From: Candidatus Rokuibacteriota bacterium
Lineage (GTDB): Bacteria > Methylomirabilota > Methylomirabilia > Rokubacteriales > DASRDR01
Length of the DNA: 44,846 nt
Assembly: GCA_044866005.1 (NCBI GenBank)
Contig: JBIOTN010000004.1
Span: 1-44,846 of the forward strand
Direction of reading: 5' to 3'
Shown here: positions 37,938 to 44,846 of the stretch, piece after piece
Position numbering within the stretch: position 1 is the first letter of the stretch
How the letters are laid out: each line of letters starts with the position of its first letter
Made by a program: the position numbers and the translations under genes
The notes under the pieces: generated by a model
What the model saw: only the letters and a program-made list of their open reading frames with translations
What the model was told of the DNA's origin: nothing
Databases searched by the model: none

Positions 37938-39761
37938 ATGAAAGAGTTCGAGAAGAAGGGCAACGCGCCCCGTGAATCGGAGGGGGTGAAGGGCCTGTCC
38001 AAGTTCCTGCCCATGACGGAGTCCGCCTACCGCCGCCGACTCACCGAATACGAGATCCAGATCCAGGATCTCCAGGCCTACATCCGGTCGCTCGAGGCCG
38101 AGACGGTCCATCTCCGGAAGAAGCTCGATGACGCGCCGAAGGAGTCGATGATCCTCGAGAACAAGCTCCGGGAGGCCAACCGCCAGCTCGTCCAGGCCTT
38201 CAACCAGAACGAGAAGCTGGTGAACGCGCTCTACGAAGCGCGCGAGCAGATCACCTCCCTCAAGGAAGAGGTCGACAAGCTCTGCGCGCCGCCCTCGACG
38301 TACGGCGTGTTCCTCTCCCCGAACGACGACGGCACGGTGAACATCCTCGCCGCGGGACGGAAGGTGAAGGTGAACCTCCATCCCTCCGTGAAGAAGGACG
38401 GGATCAAGCCGGGGCAGGAACTCGTGCTCAACGAGGGCCTCAACGTCATCGAGACGGCCGGCTACGAGATCCAGGGCGAGGTCGTGATCCTCAAGGAGGT
38501 CCTGGACGAGGGTCGCGCGGTCGTGACGCTCCGCGCGGACGAGGAAAAGGTCGGCATCATCGCCGATCCGATCCGCGGGGTGAAGCTCAAGGTCGGCGAC
38601 CACATCCTGATGGACGGGAAGTCCGGATACCTGCTCGAGCGACTCCCCAAGAGCGAGGTCGAGGATCTGTCGCTCGAGGAAGTGCCCGACATCGGCTACG
38701 ACGACATCGGCGGGCTGGGCACGCAGATCGAGGCGATCCGCGATGCCGTCGAGCTGCCCTATCTCTACGCCGACTACTACCGTGAGCACAAGCTCACGCC
38801 GCCGAAGGGCGTCCTCCTCTATGGCCCGCCCGGCTGCGGCAAGACGATGATCGCCAAGGCGGTCGCGAACAACCTGGCGCAGAAGGTCTCGGAGAAGCGC
38901 GGGGAGAAGATCAAGGGCTTCTTCATGAACATCAAGGGGCCCGAGCTCCTCAACAAGTACGTCGGCGAGACGGAGCGCAAGATCCGCGAGATCTTCCAGA
39001 AGGCCAAGGAGAAGGCCGCGGAGGACGTGCCGGTCGTCGTGTTCTTCGACGAGATGGACGCCCTCTTCCGCACCCGGGGCTCCGGCATCTCCTCGGACGT
39101 CGAGACGACGATCGTCCCGCAGCTCCTCGCCGAGATCGACGGGGTCGAGGGCCTCAAGAACGTGATCGTGATCGGCGCCTCGAACCGGCAGGACCTCATC
39201 GACCCGGCGATCCTGCGGCCCGGCCGCCTCGACGTGAAGATCAAGATCGACCGGCCGGACAAGTCGGCCGCCGGGGACATCCTGGCCAAGTACCTCACGG
39301 CGGACATCCCCATCCACGAGAAGGAGCTGCGGCCGCACGGCGGGGACGTCCAGCCGGCGATCCGCCGGATGATCGAGACCGCCGTCGAGGAGATGTACGC
39401 GCTGTCGGACGAGAACCGCTTCCTCGAGGTGACCTACGCGAACGGCGACAAGGAGGTCCTGTACTTCAAGGACTTCGCCTCGGGCGCCATGATGGAGTCG
39501 GTCGTCCGCCGCGCCAAGAAGCTCGCGCTCAAGCGCTACATCGCCTCGAGCGAGAAGGGCATCACGCTGGAGGACGTGCTGACGGCGGTCCGCGAGGAGT
39601 TCAAGGAGAACGAGGACCTGCCGAACACGACGAACCCCGACGACTGGGCGAAGATCGCCGGGAAGAAGGGCGAGCGCATCGTGTACGTGAAGCCGCTGAT
39701 GGGCGAGGGCCGGGAAAAGACGCGGCCCGTGGAGCGGATCACGACCGGACAATACCTGTAG
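37938..39761 (+). CDS. arc: Proteasome AAA+ ATPase ARC/Mpa
   Basis: N-terminal coiled coil and PPSTYG, OB domains, [42 protein letters not shown]-terminal GQYL motif. Start approximate. Confidence 0.96.
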   Translation: MKEFEKKGNAPRESEGVKGLSKFLPMTESAYRRRLTEYEIQIQDLQAYIRSLEAETVHLRKKLDDAPKESMILENKLREANRQLVQAFNQNEKLVNALYEAREQITSLKEEVDKLCAPPSTYGVFLSPNDDGTVNILAAGRKVKVNLHPSVKKDGIKPGQELVLNEGLNVIETAGYEIQGEVVILKEVLDEGRAVVTLRADEEKVGIIADPIRGVKLKVGDHILMDGKSGYLLERLPKSEVEDLSLEEVPDIGYDDIGGLGTQIEAIRDAVELPYLYADYYREHKLTPPKGVLLYGPPGCGKTMIAKAVANNLAQKVSEKRGEKIKGFFMNIKGPELLNKYVGETERKIREIFQKAKEKAAEDVPVVVFFDEMDALFRTRGSGISSDVETTIVPQLLAEIDGVEGLKNVIVIGASNRQDLIDPAILRPGRLDVKIKIDRPDKSAAGDILAKYLTADIPIHEKELRPHGGDVQPAIRRMIETAVEEMYALSDENRFLEVTYANGDKEVLYFKDFASGAMMESVVRRAKKLALKRYIASSEKGITLEDVLTAVREEFKENEDLPNTTNPDDWAKIAGKKGERIVYVKPLMGEGREKTRPVERITTGQYL

Positions 39762-39768
39762 GCACGAC

Positions 39769-39807
39769 GGGGTGAGGGTGGCCGCGCGCGCTACCCTCAC
39801 CCTTTTT
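39769..39807 (+). terminator. Intrinsic terminator after arc
   Basis: GGGTGAGGGTGGC-cgcgcgc-GCTACCCTCACCC followed by TTTTT. Confidence 0.8.
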
Positions 39808-39886
39808 CTATCGGCTTCGTCCGCGCCCGGGCTCCGCGCATGACGGCGACGCGGGGCCGGCGGGCGCGGACCGGCGTGAGGGCGGC

Positions 39887-41383
39887 ATGGCCATCCCGAA
39901 GGTGATGGGGATCGAGACGGAGTACGGGATCACGGTCCGGAACCAGCCGGACTTCAACCCCATCCTCTCCTCGCTGCTCCTCATCAACTCCTACGAAACC
40001 TACCGGACGGCGCGGATCCGCTGGGACTACGAGGCGGAGAGCCCGCTGCGGGACGCGCGCGGCTTCGAGTACGCGGAGGAGAAGGAACTCCCCTCGAAGG
40101 AAGAGTCGCGGCTCATCAACCTGATCCTTCCCAACGGCGCGCGCTACTACGTGGACCATGCCCATCCCGAGTACTCCACGCCGGAGTGCACGAACCCGCG
40201 GGACCTGGTGATCTGGGACAAGGCGGGCGAGCGGATCCTCAACATCTCGCGGGCGCGGGCGGAGGCCGTCTCGCCTCCGGAGCAGCGGATCCTCATCTAC
40301 AAGAACAACACGGACTCGAAGGGGAACAGCTACGGGACCCACGAGAACTACCTCATGGACCGCCGCTGCCCCTTCACACGGATCGTCCAGCACCTGATGC
40401 CGTTCCTGGTCACCCGGCAGATCTTCACGGGCAGCGGCAAGGTCGGGTCGGAGAACAACCTCGAGTACGCGGAATACCAGATCTCCCAGCGTGCGGACTT
40501 CCTGGAGACGGAGGTCGGGCTCGAGACGATGCATTCCCGCCCGATCATCAACACCCGCGACGAGCCCCACGCCGACCCCGAGAAGTACCGGCGCCTGCAC
40601 GTGATCGTGGGCGACGCGAACATGTCGGAGTTCACCACCTACCTGAAGGTGGGGGCGTCCGCGATCGTGCTCTCCATGATCGAGGACGACTTCATGGACC
40701 GGGACCTCGCGCTGGAGAACCCCGTCCAGGCCTTCCGCGCGGTCTCCCGCGATCTCAAGTGCCGGGCGCCCGTACGGCTCAAGGACGGACGCACGGCGAC
40801 GGCCGTCGCCATCCAGCGCGAGTTCCTCGACCTGGCGCACCGGTACTACCGCGACCGTGAGCTCGACACGGTCACCAAGGACGTCCTCGTCCGCTGGGAG
40901 TACGTGCTCGACCGGCTCGAGCAGGACCCGATGACGCTCACCCGCGAGCTCGACTGGGTCATCAAGCGGGACCTGATCGAGAACTACATGGTCAAGCACG
41001 ACCTCGAGTGGTCGGACTCCCGCGTCGCGATGATCGACCTCCAGTACCACGACATCCGGCCCGGCAAGGGCCTCTACTACAAGCTGGAGGAGTCGGAGAC
41101 CGTCGAGCGGATCACGACCGACGACGAGATCACCAAAGCGATCCACGACCCGCCGAAGGACACCCGCGCCTACTTCCGCGGCATGTGCCTCCAGCGCTAC
41201 TCCGAGGACATCGTGTCGGCGTCGTGGGATTCGATCATCTTCGATCTGAAGGAAGGGCCGCTGAAGAAGATCTTCATGCTCGAGCCGCTGCGCGGGACGG
41301 AGGCCTTCGTTCGCCAGCTGCTCGAGGATTCCCCCACGGCCCGGGACCTGCTGCGCAACATCTCGAAGCCGTCCATGGTTTAG
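39887..41383 (+). CDS. dop: Depupylase/deamidase Dop
   Basis: GIETEYGI, Dop-loop RWDYEAESPLRDARGF, NGARYYVDHAHPEYSTPEC, QISQRADF, AYFRG, ASWDS, LEPLRGT. Confidence 0.93.
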   Translation: MAIPKVMGIETEYGITVRNQPDFNPILSSLLLINSYETYRTARIRWDYEAESPLRDARGFEYAEEKELPSKEESRLINLILPNGARYYVDHAHPEYSTPECTNPRDLVIWDKAGERILNISRARAEAVSPPEQRILIYKNNTDSKGNSYGTHENYLMDRRCPFTRIVQHLMPFLVTRQIFTGSGKVGSENNLEYAEYQISQRADFLETEVGLETMHSRPIINTRDEPHADPEKYRRLHVIVGDANMSEFTTYLKVGASAIVLSMIEDDFMDRDLALENPVQAFRAVSRDLKCRAPVRLKDGRTATAVAIQREFLDLAHRYYRDRELDTVTKDVLVRWEYVLDRLEQDPMTLTRELDWVIKRDLIENYMVKHDLEWSDSRVAMIDLQYHDIRPGKGLYYKLEESETVERITTDDEITKAIHDPPKDTRAYFRGMCLQRYSEDIVSASWDSIIFDLKEGPLKKIFMLEPLRGTEAFVRQLLEDSPTARDLLRNISKPSMV

Positions 41384-41468
41384 TCCCTCGGAGGGGGCCT
41401 CGACGGCCCCCTCCGATGCCTTCCCCCCGGAGCAGTTGCGGCGGCAAAGCCGCCGATCGGAGTGGAAC
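41381..41468 (+). repeat. Repeat family 2 copy starting at the dop TAG stop
   Basis: Two hairpins, TCGGAGGGGGCC-tcgac-GGCCCCCTCCGA and GCGGCGGC-aaa-GCCGCCG, ending CGGAGTGGAAC. Confidence 0.85.
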
Positions 41469-41584
41469 AGTGTTCGGTCTGCGGTTTTCGGGTGAGGTCC
41501 GCGCCCGGTCGACCGCCACGTCCCGCGGCAGAAAGGCCGCCACAGTCGGCCTCCTGTCCTCTGTGCGGGCGGGAGGCCACAGCC

Positions 41585-41593
41585 TGCTATAAT
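41585..41593 (+). promoter_or_regulatory. Extended -10 promoter for prcB
   Basis: TGCTATAAT (TGn-TATAAT) 16 nt upstream of the prcB ATG, with GGAGA SD between. Confidence 0.7.
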
Positions 41594-41609
41594 CCACCCG
41601 GAGACACCC

Positions 41610-42440
41610 ATGCACGAGCGGTGGCAGACCCTCTTCGGCAACTACGTGAACACGAGCTTCGTGGATCTGCTCCGCACGCAGGCCCCGGACCGTCTCCCTA
41701 TCCCGTCGGCGGCCGAGCCCGTCCTCCTGTCGGGCGATGCCCCGGCCCGGCCCGGCGTGCCGGTGGGGACCACGATCCTCGCCCTCCGCTACGCCGACGG
41801 CGTCATCGTCGCCGGGGACCGCCAGGCGACGGAGGGCTTTCAGGTCGCCCATCGCCGGATCGAGAAGGTCTACAAGGCCGACGACCACTCGGCGATCGCC
41901 ATCGCGGGGGCGGCGGGGCCGTCGATCGAGATGGCGCGGCTCTTCCAGACGGAGCTCGAGCACTACGAGAAGGTCGAGGGTGACGGCCTGTCGCTCGAGG
42001 GAAAGGCCAACAAGCTGGCGCAGATGATCCGGATGAACCTCCCGGCCGCGATGCAGGGCCTGGTGGTCGTCCCGATCTTCGCGGGGTTCGACCTCAAGCG
42101 TGGGGAAGGCCGGATCTTCAAGTACGACGTCACGGGCGGCCGTTACGAGGAGATCGACTATTACGCGACGGGCTCCGGCGGCAAGGACGCGCGGACGACG
42201 CTCAAGAAGCGCTACCGGCCCGGGTGCTCGCGAGACGAGGCCCTCGGCATGACGGCCGAAGCGCTGATCGACGCGGCCGAGGAGGACGTCGGGACGGGCG
42301 GTCCCGATCTCGTCCACGGGATCTTCCCCTCCGTGAAGGCCATCACCCGCGCGGGCTTCGAGGAGATCCCGGACGCCGAGGTGCGGAAGCACTGCGAGGC
42401 GGTGTTGACCGCCCGGCGCGAGTCGAACCAGCGGGGCTGA
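41610..42440 (+). CDS. prcB: 20S proteasome beta subunit
   Basis: Propeptide then G|TTILA (catalytic Thr1), AGDRQAT, IEKV, LSLEGKANKL, TGSGG. Confidence 0.95.
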   Translation: MHERWQTLFGNYVNTSFVDLLRTQAPDRLPIPSAAEPVLLSGDAPARPGVPVGTTILALRYADGVIVAGDRQATEGFQVAHRRIEKVYKADDHSAIAIAGAAGPSIEMARLFQTELEHYEKVEGDGLSLEGKANKLAQMIRMNLPAAMQGLVVVPIFAGFDLKRGEGRIFKYDVTGGRYEEIDYYATGSGGKDARTTLKKRYRPGCSRDEALGMTAEALIDAAEEDVGTGGPDLVHGIFPSVKAITRAGFEEIPDAEVRKHCEAVLTARRESNQRG

Positions 42441-42448
42441 GAGAACTC

Positions 42449-42691
42449 GCCATGCCGCTGCCGTACTACGTCTCGCCCGAGCAGATGATGAAGGACGCCG
42501 CCGGGCCGATACCCGTCGCATCCCGGTGTCCTCGCTCGTCGTCCCGCCTCGACGTATGCGGCATACGCCTCGGCGGGCCTCCTCCCTGCGTCCTGGGGCT
42601 GCTCGGGTCTCGGCCCGGCCCCGGCGGTAGCTTGAGCTAGACGGCCATGCCGCTGCCGTACTACGTCTCGCCCGAGCAGATGATGAAGGAC
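42449..42691 (+). repeat. Perfect 48-bp direct repeat of the prcA 5' end (42449-42496 and 42644-42691) flanking a 147-bp insert
   Basis: GCCATGCCGCTGCCGTACTACGTCTCGCCCGAGCAGATGATGAAGGAC occurs twice, 195 bp apart. Confidence 0.95.
42500..42619 (+). repeat. Repeat family 1 full copy (MITE/REP-like) inside the prcA duplication
   Basis: 10-bp perfect terminal inverted repeat GCCGGGCCGA/TCGGCCCGGC; central hairpin CGTATG-cgg-CATACG. Confidence 0.9.
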
Positions 42692-43390
42692 AAGGCCGAG
42701 TATGCCCGGAAGGGCATCGCGCGCGGCCGGTCCATGATCGCGCTCGAGTACCAGGACGGCATCCTGCTCCTCGCGGAGAACCCCTCGACGCTCCTCCACA
42801 AGATTTCCGAGATCTACGATCGGATCGCCTTCGCCGGGGTCGGCAAGTACAACGAGTTCGAGAACCTCCGGATCGCAGGGGTCCGCCACGCGGACATCAA
42901 GGGCTACTCCTACCACCGCGAGGACGTGACCGCCAAGGCGCTGGCCAACGCCTACTCCCAGGCGCTGGGGAACATCTTCACGGAGGGGATCAAGCCGTTC
43001 GAGGTCGAGGTCCTGGTCGCCGAGGTGGGCGAGGCCCGGGACGGCAAGAACGAGATGTACCACATCCTGTACGACGGCACCATCGAGGACGAGCTCCACT
43101 ACGCGGCCATGGGGGGCCAGGCCGACGAGATCCGGCGGTTCCTCAAGGATCACTACCGGAATGGCATCGGGCTTGCGGAGGCCATCCAGCTGGGGGTCCG
43201 AGCCCTGACGGTGACTCAGAACAAGACGCTCACCGACCGCGATCTCGAGGTCGCCGTCCTGGATCGGAACCGGGAGCGCCGGAAGTTCCGGCGGATCACC
43301 AACGGGGAGCTGGGCACGCTGCTGGGGCGAGGCGAAGGGCAGCCAACGGAGGGAGGCCGGGCGGCCGACCGCCCCACGGGGAGACCATGA
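42647..43390 (+). CDS. prcA: 20S proteasome alpha subunit
   Basis: [56 protein letters not shown]. Confidence 0.96.
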   Translation: MPLPYYVSPEQMMKDKAEYARKGIARGRSMIALEYQDGILLLAENPSTLLHKISEIYDRIAFAGVGKYNEFENLRIAGVRHADIKGYSYHREDVTAKALANAYSQALGNIFTEGIKPFEVEVLVAEVGEARDGKNEMYHILYDGTIEDELHYAAMGGQADEIRRFLKDHYRNGIGLAEAIQLGVRALTVTQNKTLTDRDLEVAVLDRNRERRKFRRITNGELGTLLGRGEGQPTEGGRAADRPTGRP

Positions 43391-44742
43391 AGCGTCGCAT
43401 CATGGGCCTGGAAAACGAGTACGGCCTGACGTGCACGCTGAACGGGCAGCGCCGGCTCTCGCCCGACAACGTCGCCCGCTACCTCTTCGAGAAGGTGATC
43501 CCCGGCGCCCGGAACGCGAACGTGTTCCTGGAGAACGGCGCCCGCCTCTACCTGGACACCGGATTCCACCCCGAGTACGCCACCCCCGAGTGCGACGACA
43601 TCATGGACCTCTGCGTCCACGACAAGGCCGGGGAGCGGATCGTCGAAGACCTCCTGCACCAGGCCGAGAAACGGCTGCGAGAGGACGGCATCTCGGGAAA
43701 CATCCTGCTCTTCAAGAACAACACCGACTCGGCGGGCAACTCCTACGGCTGCCACGAGAATTATCTGGTCTCCCGCGACGTGTCGTTCCAGCGGCTGGCC
43801 GAGGCGTTGATCCCCTTCTTCGTGACGCGGCAGATCTTCGCCGGCGCCGGCAAGGTCCTGCAGACCCCGCGCGGCTTCCACTACTGCCTGTCGCAGCGCG
43901 CGCAGCACATCTGCCAGGAGATCTCGGGCGCCACGACGTCCTCACGCTCGATCATCAACACGCGAGATGAGCCTCACGCCGACGCGGAACGCTACCGCCG
44001 GCTCCACGTCATCGTGGGCGACTCGAACATGTCCGAGTACGCGACGTACATGAAGGTCGGGACCACCGCGGTCGTCCTGGACATGATCGAGGACGGCTAC
44101 TTCGACCGGGACTACAGCCTCCAGTCGCCCGTCCAGGCCATCCGCGACATCTCCCACGATCCGATGCTCAAGGAGACGGTCAAGCTCAAGGACGGGCGCT
44201 CCATGACGGCCCTGGAGGTCCAGCGCGAGTACCTGGAGGCCTCCCAGGCCTACTATCAGCACCAGGAGCCGGATCCCATCACCCGGGACGTCATCGACCG
44301 CTGGGCCGATCTGCTCGACCGGCTGGCGGGCGATCCCATGTCGTGCAGCCGCGAGGTCGACTGGGTCATCAAGAAAGAGCTGATCGAGACCTACATGGCC
44401 AAGCACCGGCTCTCCTGGCGCGACCCTCGGGTCTCGCTGATCGACCTCCAGTACCACGACATCCGACCCGACCGAGGCCTCTACTACCGGCTCGCGCAGA
44501 ACGAGCTGGTGGAACGGCTCGCCACGGACGAGGCGATCGAGCAGGCCAAGCACACCCCGCCCCAGACGACGCGGGCGCGCCTGCGCGGCGAGTTCATCCG
44601 GCGGGCCAATCTCAAGGGGAAGGACTACCGCGTGGACTGGGTCTACCTGAAGCTCAACGACCCGGAGCGCGAGACCATCCTCTGCAAGGATCCCTTCCAG
44701 GCCCACGACGAGCGCGTCGAGCGCCTCATCCGCTCCTTTTAA
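43387..44742 (+). CDS. pafA: Pup-protein ligase PafA
   Basis: [63 protein letters not shown]. Confidence 0.95.
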   Translation: MKRRIMGLENEYGLTCTLNGQRRLSPDNVARYLFEKVIPGARNANVFLENGARLYLDTGFHPEYATPECDDIMDLCVHDKAGERIVEDLLHQAEKRLREDGISGNILLFKNNTDSAGNSYGCHENYLVSRDVSFQRLAEALIPFFVTRQIFAGAGKVLQTPRGFHYCLSQRAQHICQEISGATTSSRSIINTRDEPHADAERYRRLHVIVGDSNMSEYATYMKVGTTAVVLDMIEDGYFDRDYSLQSPVQAIRDISHDPMLKETVKLKDGRSMTALEVQREYLEASQAYYQHQEPDPITRDVIDRWADLLDRLAGDPMSCSREVDWVIKKELIETYMAKHRLSWRDPRVSLIDLQYHDIRPDRGLYYRLAQNELVERLATDEAIEQAKHTPPQTTRARLRGEFIRRANLKGKDYRVDWVYLKLNDPERETILCKDPFQAHDERVERLIRSF

Positions 44743-44776
44743 TCTTCGGGGGGGTCTCGGAAGGGTAATAATATAC

Positions 44777-44805
44777 TTGACTCAGTAGTCACCATGGGCT
44801 AGATT
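44777..44805 (+). promoter_or_regulatory. Sigma70-type promoter with an overlapping palindromic operator for the next gene
   Basis: TTGACT-17 nt-TAGATT; TGACT-cagt-AGTCA palindrome at 44778-44791; GGAGGA then ATG 44827. Confidence 0.65.
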
Positions 44806-44826
44806 AGGGGCGTGGAGGACAAGCCC

Positions 44827-44846
44827 ATGACCAGCGAGCCGAAGCC
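44827..44846 (+). CDS. Start of an unidentified gene truncated by the window end (MTSEPK...)
   Basis: ATG preceded by GGAGGA and a promoter; too short to assign. Confidence 0.45.

Noticed and set aside
41462..41983. ORF with two CxxCG motifs (CSVCG, CPLCG) in the position where pup is expected
   Set aside because: It starts inside a repeat, runs through the prcB promoter and overlaps prcB out of frame for over 370 nt. It has no GG[QE] end and is probably coincidental.
42452..42640. 62-aa ORF between prcB and prcA as a Pup/UBact candidate
   Set aside because: The size fits, but it is the duplicated prcA start plus translated repeat. It is not acidic and ends SLS.

Overview
A very GC-rich bacterial chromosome segment. 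Gene content and intergenic repeat style suggest Ca. Rokubacteria/Methylomirabilota, but this is an inference that was not verified. From left to right it carries: a frameshifted IS5-family transposase beside a decayed LivF-type ABC ATPase; a CBS-domain gene; a three-gene membrane/Tat FAD-oxidase module; a minus-strand run recG-rsmD-coaD-aminotransferase-Clp1-like kinase-CoA-transferase alpha/beta; rpmB; an orphan AbiEi-like regulator followed by two unannotated 11-12 aa lysine-rich micro-ORFs with near-perfect Shine-Dalgarno sites; a cryptic GNAT-like protein; the conserved yebC-ruvCAB-DUF2905-spoIID-csaA-like-queA-tgt-yajC-secD-secF-relA/spoT cluster; an Opp/Dpp transporter interrupted by a secreted-protein gene; and a Pup-proteasome locus (arc, dop, prcB, prcA, pafA) with no pup gene in the window. 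Two families of palindromic intergenic repeats recur, mostly just after stop codons. One copy sits between a perfect 48-bp duplication of the prcA 5' end. The most notable observations are the poly-Lys micropeptides, the prcA duplication/insertion, the pup-less proteasome locus with a sigma54-type promoter, and the repeat families. No rRNA, tRNA or CRISPR array was seen.
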